Assembly (NCBI RefSeq): GCF_044704955.1
Contig: NC_091999.1
Span: forward strand, 50,220,001 to 50,284,000
DNA length: 64,000 bases
Direction: 5' to 3'
From: Pristiophorus japonicus
Lineage: Eukaryota
The notes beneath the pieces were generated by a model. It was not told the origin of the DNA, did not search any database, and saw nothing but the letters and a program-made list of their open reading frames with translations. Positions 1 through 12,775 of this stretch are shown piece by piece. Position 1 is the first letter of the stretch; each line of letters opens with the position of its first letter. The translations under genes and the position numbers were made by a program.

Positions 1-660
1 GAAGAAATTCCCCTCAAATCCCCTTTAAAACTTTTAATTATTTTAAATTGATGTATCCTGGTTGTTGATCCCTCTGCTAATGGCAATTAACCCTTTCTAT
101 CCACTATATCTAGGCCCGTCATAACTTTAAACACATCAATGAAGTTTCCCCTCTGTTCCAAGAAAAACAAATCCAGCCTATCCAATCTGTCCTCGTGGCT
201 AATATTCCCCACTACCGGCAACATGCTCGTAAATCTCCAGTTCAATCATCTCCTTCCTGCAATGCGGTGACCAGAACTGCACACAATACTTCAGCTGTGG
301 CCTAACCAGTGTTTTATACAGTTGACGCATAAGCCCCCCCTGCTCTTGAATTTTATGCCGCGGCTAATAAATGCAAGCTTTAATTATGCCTTATTAATCA
401 CCTTATCTACCTGTCCTACTAACTTCAGGGATCTGTGGACATGCACTCCAACGTCTCTTTGTCCCTCGACACTTCTCAGTGAACCATTTAATGTGTATTG
501 CCTTTCCTTGTCAACCTTCCCCAAATGCATTACCTCACAAACCTCTGGATTAAATTCAATTTGCCACTGTTCTGCCCACCTGACCCGTTGATAGACATTT
601 TCCTGCTGTCTGCACCTTTATTCTTCATTATCAACCACACAGTTGATTTTAGTATCGTTT
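1..660 (-). mobile_element. CR1-type LINE fragment (ORF2 C-terminal region)
   Basis: Reverse complement resembles the CR1 ORF2 C-terminus (YCVQFWSP-type motif at ~265-295); similar to 7240-7960. Confidence 0.75.
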
Positions 661-1074
661 CAACGCAATAGTCAGAAATAGATGCATTTTAATAACCCTT
701 TACACGCATCATTTCTGGACATTTGTCCGTCGACAGCATTTGTGAACCTGTGTTTGATCACCAGAATTAACTGTACTGATAAAAAGTGGCGGGAAATACA
801 TATCAAGACACACATTATTGACTGATCATTGTCGCATCGGTTCACTTCATATTTTTGCATTAGTCACACGATTCTTACTTTTTAAAAATAACGACTTTTG
901 ACTTGAACAGAGATTATTAGCTGAAGGCAGTGCGAATATAGATCTGGGACACGAAGTCACGCTGATGCAGAATAATGTTGTAATAAATTTTGCTTTGGAC
1001 ACCCGGGGAACTTTACAATTCCAATAAAATGTCACACTGAACAGGGATACAGAAGACACATACTCTGACTCAGG

Positions 1075-1172
1075 GAGATTTGAAATGAGACCAGAAAACC
1101 TGGAAGGTCAAGCAACATCTGTGGAGAGAGAAAATGAGTTAATGTAGCAGATCAGTGATCTTTCATCAGAAC
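1075..1172 (-). mobile_element. Penelope-like element terminal fragment with degenerate hammerhead motif
   Basis: Minus strand reads GTT CTGATGA AAGATC ACT GATCT GCTAC ATT AAC; same short repeat as 41015-41140 and 61856-61990; GAAA core mutated. Confidence 0.55.
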
Positions 1173-1296
1173 ACAATGAACAAAGCGGCTGTGAAGCAAA
1201 ATCTCGAAACACAAAATGCCAAATCGGGTAAAGATGCAGATCATCAGCAGAAACCGTGATATCCTTAACAACCAATGACTTGCTGTAATACCTTAC

Positions 1297-1366
1297 CTGG
1301 AACACCGACAGCAGCGAGAAGCGGATAGTAAATGGCAAGTATTGGACTGTTTCCAGGTGCGTGCAT
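1297..1366 (-). other. Possible signal-peptide (leader) exon of an unidentified gene
   Basis: ATG at 1366 gives MHAPGNSPILAIYYPLLAAVGVP+G, phase 1, followed by a strong donor CAG|GTAAGG; no convincing downstream exon in the window. Confidence 0.3.
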
Positions 1367-1699
1367 TCTCTGTGAGAAACGAATTGCTGGAGACAGTAGC
1401 TCCAATATGAGATGTGGCTCATTCTAATGATCCCTTAGTTATACCGAATGTTAATCCCCAGTGAGCCAATCAGATTATGCAATTTTATTGTGAGCTACGG
1501 TCATTGAAACAAACAAATTAAGGCAGCCATTTTCGAGTTCACCTTTTCTACATTACAATAACTTCCAATGAATATTGCAGCATGTGGCAGGGGAAAAAAG
1601 ACTTCCGTATCTTTCTAAGGAAAATATAATGTAAATCTCCATCTGGACATTCGAAGATGGCATAAAACCATACACAGCATAGAGGTCCGAGTTCAATTC

Positions 1700-2030
1700 C
1701 TGGTGTTTTCTTTTGAACTATGGGGCACAGTCTCAGGATAAGGGGAAGCCCATTTAGGATCGAGATGAGGAGGAATTTCTTCACTCAGAGGGTTGTGAAT
1801 CTTTTGAATTCTCGGCCTCATCGGGCTGTGGATCCCGAATCTCTGAATATATTCAAGACTGAGGTGGATAGATTTTTGGAGTCTATGGGGAATCTGGGGA
1901 TATGAAGATTGTGCAGGAAAGTGGAGTTGAGTTCGATGATCAATCATGAATTTATTGAATGGCAGAGCAGGCTCGAGAGGCATAGGGCCTACTCCTGCTC
2001 CTATTTCTAATGGTTTGTTATGTTCCTTAA
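1700..2030 (+). mobile_element. CR1 LINE 3' end
   Basis: ORF 1720-1905 GHSLRIRGSPFRIEMRRNFFTQRVVNL is the CR1 ORF2 C-terminus, followed by 3' UTR. Confidence 0.85.
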
Positions 2031-2399
2031 TCAGACCCAAATTATCTCAATGGGAGAAAGCAGTTGTGCGATCTAATGATAACTTTTGTCTCCCATCCTG
2101 CAATAAAGCAGTCATAGTGTAGTAGGTGGTGCTATCTTTGGACAGAGCACCCCTTGTTCTGCAGCAAACCGTCATACGGCAGAAGGGGTGCTAAAATTAT
2201 AAAGCACATCCCTCATCATCCGATAAATCAATAATCGGGATGGTACAACTAGACAGACAAATAAGATGTAAACAGAAACGTGTTTTATCAATTAAAACAT
2301 GCAATACTCAAATAAACAGGGTTGAATACAGGAAACAGCTAAATAAAATGATGGCTGCTATCACATCATCAAACACTAATGGACTAATGGTTTGTAGAC

Positions 2400-4340
2400 A
2401 ACTGTGGCAGTAATGGGATCAGCATTTTTCTTTACGTGGTGAATCAGAGACTTATCAAAGATTGTATTGGGCCACTGAAGGGTGTTCAAGGGCAGGTTTC
2501 AAAGGAATCACTAAGAATGGTGGAAATATTACATTTGTACTTTGCATCAGTCTTCACCCTTGAAAATGATTCTCGAATATTAGAATTTAATTCTACTAGT
2601 TTTGTTAGCAGCATTACCAAAGATAAAAACGTTAGGGTAAAAATAATTAAGAACTTGAAAATAGATAGAGCAGCCGCGCTGGATGATATCCACCTGATGG
2701 TCGTCTGGGAGATAGGACATGAGCTGTGAGAGCTGTTGGCCTGTATTTATAATAGCTCACTGCTCTCTTGAATGGTTCCTACAGATTGGATGGAGACTAA
2801 TGCAGACCCCATTTTTGAAATAGGTGACAAGACAGACTCGGGCAACTATAGGCCCATCAGTTTAACATCAGTAATATGTAAGATGCTTGAAGCAAACATA
2901 AGGGATTTAAGAATACTTGGATAGGGAGGGACATTTTAGGCATACCAATATGACTTCATAAAAAAGAGATAGTATCTCACAAATCTAATTGTATTTTTTG
3001 AAACAGTTACGAAGTTTGTGGATCAGGGAAGCCCAGTAGACATTGTCCACTCAGATTTCCCAAAACATTTTGAAAAATACCGCACAAAAGGCTTTTGTAT
3101 AAGATCGGACCCTCTGGTATACGTTGAAATATATTGAGTTGGATTCAGAACTGGCTGGCAGGAAACAGTCAAAAAGTAATAATTGATGGATTTGAATCTG
3201 ATTGTCGACTGGTCACCCGTGGTGTCCCGCAGGGGTCAGTGTTGGGTATATTGTGTTTTACTATTTTTAATAATGATCTAGATTTTGGGATTGCGCGCAA
3301 AACTTTTAAATTTGCAGATGATACCAAGATCTGAGTGAGATTTTGAATTATAGCAGATGCTCGACTGCTTCAGGCAGATCTTAATGTGCTGGGAGATTAT
3401 GCTCAAGGCTGGAAAATTATGTACAACTTAGATAAGTGCATATTTATGCATGTAGTTAGGGCAAATGTTCACATTCTTACACCCTCCAGGGAAAGGTATT
3501 AAAGTTGGCGCAGATAGAAATGGAATTGCGCATTCTAGTACATACATCCTTAAAGTTACATGAGCAATGCCGTGCAGTTATAGTTACAGCAAATAAGGCA
3601 TCGGGGTGTATCCAAATGACTTTTGATTATAATAGGACGTATACTGTTATGTCCTTGAACAAGGCCTTAATCAGACCGAGCTTTGAATACTGTGTCCAGT
3701 TTTGTCCTCCTCACATGATAGGTGATATTGACACTCTGAAAAGGAGAACAAGAGGGTCACGAGGCTATTTCCAAGTATAAAGCATTTTAATTACCAATAT
3801 AGGTTGAATGAGTTGGTACTCAATTCCTTAGATCAGCGTAGACTTAGGGGGGATCTGATTGAGTTTTATATAATAATGAAGGAAATAGAAGGTTTTCCAA
3901 CCGATAGTTAATTTCAATTAAATAGGTTAGGTTGGACCAGGTATCACACATTTAAGTTGTATAGGACTAGATCTAGGTTAGATGTCAGGAGGTGGATCTT
4001 TTCCCAGAAGATAGTAGACCACTGTACAATCTGTCGTTTCATGTAATGAATGCAGACTCACTGAATTCCTCAAGTGAAAGCAGGATTTGTTTCTGGCTGC
4101 GGTAGAGATCACATGTTATAGAATGGGAGGTACTGCAGGGAATTCAAGGCCAGAGTAATCACCTGGACTAGTTTCGATCATCTAGATGGATCAGAGAAGA
4201 ATTTGCCAAATTTCTTCCCCCAAATTGGCCTGGGTTTTTAATCAGACTTTTGCTACTTCCAGGAGATCACATGGTTTCGGGCGGCGTGGGACAGGCTCAA
4301 TGAACCAGATGGTCTTAACCTTTCCATCATTGCATGTATG
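2400..4340 (+). mobile_element. Old, degenerate CR1 LINE (RT region to 3' end)
   Basis: NYRPISLTS at ~2844, GVPQGSVLG and FADDTK at 3220-3330, YCVQF at ~3690; many stops and frameshifts. Confidence 0.85.
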
Positions 4341-4390
4341 CTCGTATCTTTGTTTGTAGAGTGTCCGTTCTCTTGCAGTAAGTCTGTCAT

Positions 4391-4532
4391 ATGGCAGTGG
4401 GCGTTGCTAAATGTATACAGAGCGTCGTTTGTCTTGCGGCAAATCAGTCAGAGGGAGGCAGGGGGCGCAACAATTATTAAAGAACATACTATTCCATGCG
4501 TTAAAAAATTAAGAAAGCAGTAGGGGGCGCTA
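4391..4532 (+). promoter_or_regulatory. Cluster of co-oriented CTCF-like motifs
   Basis: GCAGTAGGGGGCGCTA (4517-4532), GAGGCAGGGGGCGCAA (4455-4470), weaker ATGGCAGTGGGCGTTG (4391-4406); motif match only. Confidence 0.35.
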
Positions 4533-4760
4533 CAATTATAAACGAATAAAGATATTGAAAAAGAGATNNNNNNNNNNNNNNNNNNNNNNNNNNNNNNNNN
4601 NNNNNNNNNNNNNNNNNNNNNNNNNNNNNNNNNNNNNNNNNNNNNNNNNNNNNNNNNNNNNNNNNNNNNNNNNNNNNNNNNNNNNNNNNNNNNNNNNNNN
4701 NNNNNNNNNNNNNNNNNNNNNNNNNNNNNNNNNNNNNNNNNNNNNNNNNNNNNNNNNNNN

Positions 4761-5030
4761 GAAATAGAGAGGGATAATCTGCCAGCTAGGCAGATAGAAA
4801 GATAGACAGACAGCCAAGTAGATTGATAGTTACATAGATCGACTGATACATACATAGATAGATAGACAGACATACCGACAGACAGACTGATAGACAGACT
4901 GACAGACTGACTAACAGATAGATAGTTAGACAGATAGACAAAGAGGGCTAGAAGAATCTATAGATATATAGACAGACTGAAAGATAGATATTGATAGGGC
5001 ACACAGATAGCTCGGTAGATAGGTAAATAT
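4761..5030. repeat. Degenerate (GATA)n/(GACA)n microsatellite next to an N-gap
   Basis: Directly visible; similar tracts at ~12270-12500, 22540-22870, 33131-33240 and 38700-38755. Confidence 0.85.
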
Positions 5031-5489
5031 CATGTTGAAAGCAACATATTAATGAAAGGAATGTCCTTGAAGAGAAAATGAGCGCTGTTTGCAGTTCGAG
5101 TTGTGTGTGTGGAAAAGTTACAATTTCAAAATCAAGTTATGGAAATGTCATTTTGTACTGACATGTAATGCACTGCATGGTGGGACTGGTGACCAGAGTC
5201 TGCAATAACATAATGCAGGAGAGGGGCGAGGGTCAGGAGATGGAAACAGCAGGGTGTATTGACACTTGATAAATGTACATTTGGCACACTGTAATTAAAG
5301 AATGTAAACAACTTGCTCATCCAGTCTGAATCAGACCGACCTTCATCTCCTTTCCTTGTTGCTGGATGTGATGCTATGTCTCAGGATCAAGTGGACACTA
5401 TCTCAACAGTCCTTAAAACCGTGGATGTACATTACGAGTCACATCAGAAATTATATTCAAATGAAAATCAGTGAGGCACAATGCAGGGA

Positions 5490-5917
5490 TACATAATAAC
5501 AAAAAAAATCGGAGCAGCAAGAGGCCATTTGGCCCTGCGAGCCTCTCCGCCCTTCAGTATGGTAATGGCTGATCTTGTACCTCAACTGCACTTTCCAGCA
5601 CTATCAAGAATCCCTTGATTCACTTATTATCCGACAATCTATCGACATGTGCATTGAATATACTGAACGAGTATGCCTCCACTGCCCTCTTGAGCAGAGA
5701 ATTCCAAAGAATCACCCCCCTCTGTGAAGACATTTCTTTTCATCTAAGTCCTGGTTTATCCTGAGATAGTGAAAGCCTAGTTCTAGACTCTCCTGCCAGA
5801 TCTTCCCTGCGTCTACCCTGTAAAGCCCTGGATGAATGTTGTAGTTTTTATATGACATTTTATTCTTCGTAACTCTAGAGGATATAGGAGTAGTCTACTC
5901 AATCTCTCCTTATAGAG
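5490..5917 (-). mobile_element. CR1 3' end fragment running into an N-gap
   Basis: AGGCCATTTGGCCC...GAATTCCAAAGA pattern matches the reverse complement of the CR1 3' UTR/ORF2 end. Confidence 0.7.
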
Positions 5918-6147
5918 NNNNNNNNNNNNNNNNNNNNNNNNNNNNNNNNNNNNNNNNNNNNNNNNNNNNNNNNNNNNNNNNNNNNNNNNNNNNNNNNNNN
6001 NNNNNNNNNNNNNNNNNNNNNNNNNNNNNNNNNNNNNNNNNNNNNNNNNNNNNNNNNNNNNNNNNNNNNNNNNNNNNNNNNNNNNNNNNNNNNNNNNNNN
6101 NNNNNNNNNNNNNNNNNNNNNNNNNNNNNNNNNNNNNNNNNNNNNNA

Positions 6148-6870
6148 GCAGGGACTAAGAGGCACCCGTCACCGTGCAGATATTACCATGAGGGTTTCAG
6201 ACTGAGACACCAGTCGATGTACTGATATGTCCCTGAGGAGGGAAGTCATATGGATACCAATCAATGTCGAGATCTCCCCCTGAAGGAGAGGGAGTGAGAG
6301 AAATCAGTCAATGTACAGATATCTCCCTGTGGAGTGGAACTGAGGGACATCAGTCAATATTCTGATATCTCCATGAAGGAGAGGGACAGAGATAAACCGT
6401 CCATTGTACAGATAGCTCCTCAGGACATCAGACAGAGAGAAACCCGTCAGTGTCCAGATATCTCTTGAGTATGCAGGTATAGCCATGAGGGATAGGGGAA
6501 TGAGGACAACAGTCGATATATTGATACCTCCATGCTTGACAGGGATGGAGAGACAGGAGCCAGTGCATATCTATCTCTCTCAGAGAGAGGAGACTGAGAC
6601 GCCAGGCACTGCACAGATATCTCTTGTGCGAGCAGGGACTGAGGGACACCAGCCAGTCTATAGAAATCTCCCTGAGTTGGGAAGGGACTGAGAGATACCA
6701 GCAGTGTACAAACATTTCTTGAGTGAAAGAGACTGGGAGACACCAGTCAATGTAAATATGTTTTCCTGCGAGAGAGGTGGGGGTCATCGAGACATCTGTA
6801 AATATACAGTTAACATGCGGAGAGAGAGGGACTTAGATATTAGTCAGTGCACAGATATCTCGCTTTCTCA
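6148..6870. repeat. Degenerate ~45-50 bp tandem repeat
   Basis: Recurrent unit GAGGGACTGAGAGACACCAGTCAATGTACAGATATCTCCCTGAG, roughly 15 copies. Confidence 0.85.
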
Positions 6871-7019
6871 CGTATAGGATGACATTATTTTCAGTATTTC
6901 AATAACTTTAATCATATCCGTCCATTTACAGGATGCAATTTCCTCCTTGATGTGTGAAATTATGCATGCTGGAACCTCAGGGATCTCTTGTATCTACTGG
7001 TTTCCAAAGATTTCAGAGA

Positions 7020-8270
7020 GGAACATCATAGAATCACAAAAGTTTACAGCACGGAAGGAGGCCATTTCCTCCCATCGTGACTATGCCGGTCAATCAGAGG
7101 CAAACCAGCCAAATCCCACTTCCCATCCTTGGTCCGTAACCCTGCAGGTTACGATACTTCAACTGCACATTCAAGTACTTTGTAAATGTGGTGAGGGTTG
7201 CGCCCTATACCACACTTTCAGCCAGTGAGTTCCAGACCTCCGAAGCTCTCTGCATTAAGAAATTCCCCTCAACTGCCCTCTAAACCTTCTACCAATTACT
7301 TTAAATTTATGCCCGCTGTATGTCGACCCCTCTGCTATGGGAAATAGACCCTTTCTACCTATTCTATCTTGGCCCCTCATAATTGAATACACCTCAATCA
7401 GTTCTCCGCTCAGCCTCGTCTGTTCCTAGGAAAACAAATTTAGCCAATCCAATCTGTACTCACAGCTAATATTCTCCACTGCTACCAATATCCTCCTAAA
7501 TCGCCTCTATACCCTCTCGAGTGCAATCACGTCCTTCCTGTAATGTGGTGACCAGAACTGCACTCACTACTACAGCTGTGGCCTAACCAGTATTTTATAC
7601 AGTTCAAACATAAACCACCTTTCTTGTATGCTTTGCTTTGCCAAATAAAGGCAAGCATTCCGTAAGCCTTCTTAACCAGCTTATCTACCTGGTCTATTAC
7701 CTTCAGGGATCTGTGGACATGCACTTTGGACATCCAAAGTCTCTTTGTTCGTCTACACTTCTCAGTTTCCAACCATTTAAAGTGTATTTCCGTTCCTTGA
7801 TAGCCATCCTCAAATGCATTACCTCACAGTTCTCTGGATTCAATACAAATTTGCACTATTCTGCCCCCCTGACCAGTTGATTGATATCTTCCTGCATTAC
7901 GCAACTTCCCTCTTCATTACCAACCATATAGCCAGTTTTAGTATCATCTGCAAACTTCTCAATCATACCCCCATATTCAAGTCTAGATCATTGATGTATA
8001 TCACAAAACGTTGAGATCTAGTACTGAGCCCTGTGGAACCCCACTGGAAAGATCCTTCCAGCCACGAAAACACCCATCAACCGTTACCCATTGCTTCCTG
8101 CCTCTGAGCCAATTTTTGGTCCAACTTGCCACTTTGCCCTGTATCGCAAGAGTTTTTACTTTTGTGATCAGTTTGCCATGTGAGACCTTATCAAAAGCCT
8201 AGCGAAAATCCATATTCACTACTTCATATGTTTGGCTCTCATGGACCCACCTGGTTAATTTCTCAAAAAG
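7020..8270 (-). mobile_element. CR1 LINE 3' half
   Basis: Minus-strand GVPQGSVL/FADDTK remnants at 7935-8045; KKAYGMLAFI ORF 7527-7772; ATCATAGA tail at ~7025. Confidence 0.85.
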
Positions 8271-8493
8271 GAGGTAACTTCAACCAGTCAAACCCAGTGA
8301 GATCGGATTAACATGGTGGAGAAGCAACTGATAACTTCAACAACAAATAACCTTACATTGCAGTATCAACTGTTTTTGGAGAATATATCTTTAATTTACC
8401 CCAAATTTTGATCGGTTGCTCTATATTATTTGCCACAACATCAAATGGTTAGTTTTGAGAGTTGGAACGCAAGTCAACAGATCAGGGTCGGAG

Positions 8494-8843
8494 ATCAACT
8501 CATCCAATCAGACTGGGCCCTCGATGGACAACGCCTATGACGAAGTGGCACAGAACAAAACCATCGTCCTTCCCTGTTTCCTTGTATTAGTGCTTGTATC
8601 GGGCATTACCGGGACCTCAAGTGCACTGTGGCACATCGTACGAATGAAGAAGGTCTCACAAGCAAGTGATGTCCTCCTTCTGGATTTAATGAGCACCGAC
8701 TTCTTGATTATCCTGGTCTCTATACTTTCTCTTATACAATTTATCCTTGGAAGCAGATTATGGAGTAATTCCGTGATGTCAGTGCCCTCTTGCGTCCAAT
8801 CAATCTTTATGGCAACGCACTTTTCATGACCTGCATTGCTATT
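8494..8843 (+). pseudogene. Intronless rhodopsin-class GPCR pseudogene (P2Y/LPAR4-6/PAR-like, delta group), 5' half: N-terminus to TM3
   Basis: NSSNQT glycosylation-type N-terminus; TM1 IVLPCFLVLVLVSGITGTSSALW; TM2 VLLLDLMSTDFL; after a frameshift TM3 INLYGNALFMTCIAI, cut by a CR1 tail at 8844. Confidence 0.85.
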
Positions 8844-11377
8844 ACATGGAAACATAGAAAATAGGTGCAAAAGTAGGTCATTCGGCCCTTCGAGCCTGCA
8901 CCACCATTCAATATGATCATGGCTGATCATGCAACTTCATTACCCCATTCCTGCTTTCTCTCCATACCCCTTGATCCCTTTAGCTGCAAGTGCCTCATCT
9001 AAGTCCCTTTTGAATATGTCTAACCAACTGGCCTCAACAACTTTCTGTGGTAGAGAATTCCACAGGTTCACATTTCTCTGAGTGAAGACGTTTCTCCTCA
9101 TCTCGGTCCTAATTGGCTTACCCCTTATTCTTAGACTCATGTTGCTGGACTTCCACAAGATCGGGACCATACTTCTTGCATCTAACCTGTCCAATCCCAT
9201 CAGAATTTAGCATGTTTCTATGAGATCCCCTCTCATTCTTCTAAATTCCAGTGAATATATGTCTAGTCGATCCAGTCTTTCTTCATATATCAGTTCTGCC
9301 ATCCCGCGAATCTGTCTTTTGAACCGTCGCTGCACTCCCTCAAAAGCAAGAATGTCCTTCCTCAGGTAAGGAGACCAAAACTCTACACAAAAGTCAAGGT
9401 GCGGCCTCACCAAGGCCCTGTACAACTTCAGTAAGACCTCACTGCTCCTATATTCAATAACTTTCGCTATGAAGGCCAACATGCCATTCACCGCTTGCTG
9501 AACCTTCATGCCAACTTTCAATAACTAATGTACCATGACACCCAGGTGTCGTTGCACCTCCATTTTTCTTATTTGTCACCATTCAGATAATATTTTGCTT
9601 CCCTGTTTTTGTCACCAAAGTGGATAACCTCACATTTATCTATATTATACTGCAAATGCCATGCATTTGCCCACTCACCTAACCTGTCCAAGTCACCCTG
9701 CAGCCTGTTACCATCCTCCTCACAGTTCACACTGCCATCCAACTTAGTGTCATCTGCAAACTTGGAAATATTATTTTCAATTCCTTCGTCTAAATCATTA
9801 ATGTATATCGTAACTAGCTGAGGTCCCAGCACTGAACCTTGAGGTACCCCACTCGTCACTGTCTGCAATTCTGAAAAGGAACCGTTTATTCCTACTCTTT
9901 GCTTCCTGTCTGCCAATCAATTCTCTATCTACGTCAATACATTACCCCCAATACCATGTGCTTTAATTTTTACACACTAATCTCTGATGTGGGACCTGGC
10001 CAAAAACCGTTTGAAAGTCCAAATACACCACAACCACTGGTTCTCCCTTGTCCACGCTACTGGTTACATCCTAAAAAACTTCTAGACGATTTGGCAAACC
10101 TGATTTCCCTTTCATTAATCCATGCTGACTTGGACCGATCCTGTCACTGCTTTCCAAATGCGCTGCTATTACATCTTCAACGATGGATTTCAACATTTTT
10201 CCCACTACCGATGTCAGGCTAACCGGTCTATAATTCCCTGTATTCTCTCTCCCACCTTTTTTAAAACGTGGGGTTACATTAGCTATCCTCCAATCCATAG
10301 GAACTGATCTAGAATCTATAGAATGTTGGAAAATGAACACCAATTCATCCATTATTTCTAGGGCAACTTCCTTAAATACTCAGGGATGCAGAATATCAGT
10401 CCCTGGTGTTTTATCGGCCGTCAATCCCATCAATTTCCCTAACACCTGATTCTGACTGCAAGGGAACTATATTTGTCCTAACTAATTTTTTTCTCTTTAC
10501 ATATCTATCGAAGCTTTGCAGTCAGTTTTCATGTTCTCGGCAAGCATCCTCTCATACTCTAGTTGCCCCCTCCTAATTAAATCCTTTGTCCTCCTCTGCT
10601 GAATTCTAAATTTCTCCCAGTGCTCAGGTTTGCTGCTTTTCTGGCTAGTTTATATGCCTCTTCCTTGGATTTAACACAATCCCTAATTTCACTTGATAGC
10701 TACGGTTGAGCCAATTTCCCCGTTTTATTTATATGCCAGACAGGGATGTGTAATTATTGAATTTCATCCATGTGATCTTTAAAAGTCTGCAATTGCCTAT
10801 CCACTGTCAACCCTTTAAATATCATTCGCCAGTCTATCCTAGCCAATCCACGTTTCATTCCATCGAAATTAACATTCTTTAATTTCAGGACTTTATTCTC
10901 TGAATTAACTGTGTCACTCTCCATCTTAATGAAGAATTATATCACATTAAGGTCGCTCTTCCCCAAGTGGCCTCGTAGAACAAGATTGCTAATTAATCCT
11001 CTCTCATTACACAATCTAGGATGGCCAGCTCTCTGGTTCGTTCCTCGACATATTGGTCTAGAAAACCATCCCTTATACACTCCAGGAAATCCTCCTCCAC
11101 CATATTGCTACCAGTTTGGTTAGCCCAATCTATATGTAAATTAAAGTCACCCATGCTAACTGCTGTACCTTTATTGCACGCATCCCTAATTTCCAGTTTG
11201 ATGCCACCCCAACCTCACTATGACTGTTTGGTGGTCCGTACACAAATTCCACTAGCGTTTTCTGCCCTTTGGTGTTCCGCAGCTCTACCCATACAGATTC
11301 CGCTTCATCCAAGCTAATGTCCTTCTTTACTATTGCTTTAATCTCCTCTTTAACCAGCAACGCTACCCCATCTCCTT
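8844..11377 (-). mobile_element. CR1 LINE (endonuclease to 3' tail, internal deletion near 10445) inserted into the GPCR
   Basis: GVALLVK (EN), NYRPVSLTS, GVPQGSVLGP and FADDTK ORFs on minus; (CATAGAAA) tail at 8844-8862; host reading frame resumes at 11378. Confidence 0.93.
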
Positions 11378-11937
11378 GACCAATATATTTTTTTGTCCAC
11401 CACATTAGGTCTCATGTCTGGTGAAGGCCTTGATGCTACCTCATTCTAGTCTATGCAATTTGGGTGGCAGTGTTGGACCTGAGCCTGATAGCCTTTTCAT
11501 AATGAGAATTAGCAGATAAGGTTTCATGCAAATATATGCAATTATCGTGGCAAATTTTCATGCAATTTTTTTAAATTAAATTATTTCCGATCCTGATGTT
11601 GTTGATCTGCTATACTCTAACCGCAAAAGTAATGATAGAAGTGGGAGCTGAGAAGGAATCTATAGAGCTGATGAAGAAGAAAGTGCTGAAATACATTCGT
11701 GTAATTTTGGTGCTTCTTTTCTGCTTTGACCCTTATCACATCCTTGAACTGTATTTTGATTGTATTTTGAGATTAAGGATTTGCTAGATCCAGCGAATCC
11801 ATTCCCAGTTTTTTTACAGGGGCAATAGTAAATTTTACAACTGGACCCTCCCTTCATTCATTGCCTTCCTCAATCCCTTGCTGTACATTTTCAGGTCTCA
11901 GAGCTTTGAATGGCGATCGCGCTGCTGCACTGTGTAA
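11378..11937 (+). pseudogene. GPCR pseudogene 3' half: DRY-like motif to C-terminus
   Basis: DQYIF(fs)VHH; TM4 LILVYAIWVAVL; TM5 LFPILMLLICY; TM6 VILVLLFCFDPYH; TM7 AFLNPLLYIF (NPxxY); stop TAA at 11935-11937; several internal stops. Confidence 0.88.
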
Positions 11938-12504
11938 CATGCTCGAAACAGTAACCCACACGCTCACATCAGCAGGGTCTGAGTTAGAGTGTAAGAACTC
12001 ACCATCTGCTTTTCCACTTTAAGTACGGAGAGAATGTGCTGAAGACACGGACATCAGGAGCAACAGTGTTTGTCCAGTTGTTGCGACTGAGCAAATAGGC
12101 TACAAATTATAGCAGATTGAACTTGCCTGAAGTGAAATCATTCCAAACTTAGCTTATGTGTCCATCAAGAACGAATGATTACGTTCATCTATCAATGTTA
12201 CGTACTCATAAATTTGTTTTCTGTTGATTTATCTTACCGCGTATCACTATAAGTACCGTTTAACCATATGCATATCTATCCAACCATCCATCAATTTCCA
12301 TCTTTCTATGTATGTTGCTGTTGATGCATCGATTAATATCTCTATCACAGAATCCTTCTACCATTATCTACATATTTATGTATCTCCATAATCTATCTAT
12401 CTCTCTATCTAACTTTATTTATATGTTGCTATCTAAATCTGTTTATCTCTCCATCTATCTGTATCCATTACTCCTTCTATCGATCTGTCTCTATCGAATA
12501 TTAT

Positions 12505-12775
12505 TGGCCTGAATTTGCGGTCAGAGCTTTCCCATGGTCGAATGCCTCTGAACGACAAGAAAATACGAACCTAACTGATGGTCACGGAAGTTCGAACACT
12601 GGTGCTCCTGGGCCTCTACAGGTACGCAGGCATAAACGTCCACATATCCCAGGGGTGCACGCGTTTAGCATGTGACCCTGGGAACATTTGGACCAGGCCG
12701 ACCAAACAAAAGGTGAATCCCAGTTATGTTCATGGAGATTCTACTAACTTTTGGAATCAACAAAAGCATAAATAG
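12505..12775. mobile_element. Truncated non-autonomous TIR-type element end
   Basis: Starts GGCCTGAATTTGCGGTC, similar to the left end of 21936-22516; cut by a CR1. Confidence 0.35.

Noticed and set aside
700-775. CC-chemokine-like second exon (HKCCRRT) on minus for the leader at 1297-1366
   Set aside because: Stop after 20 codons, no third Cys and no third exon
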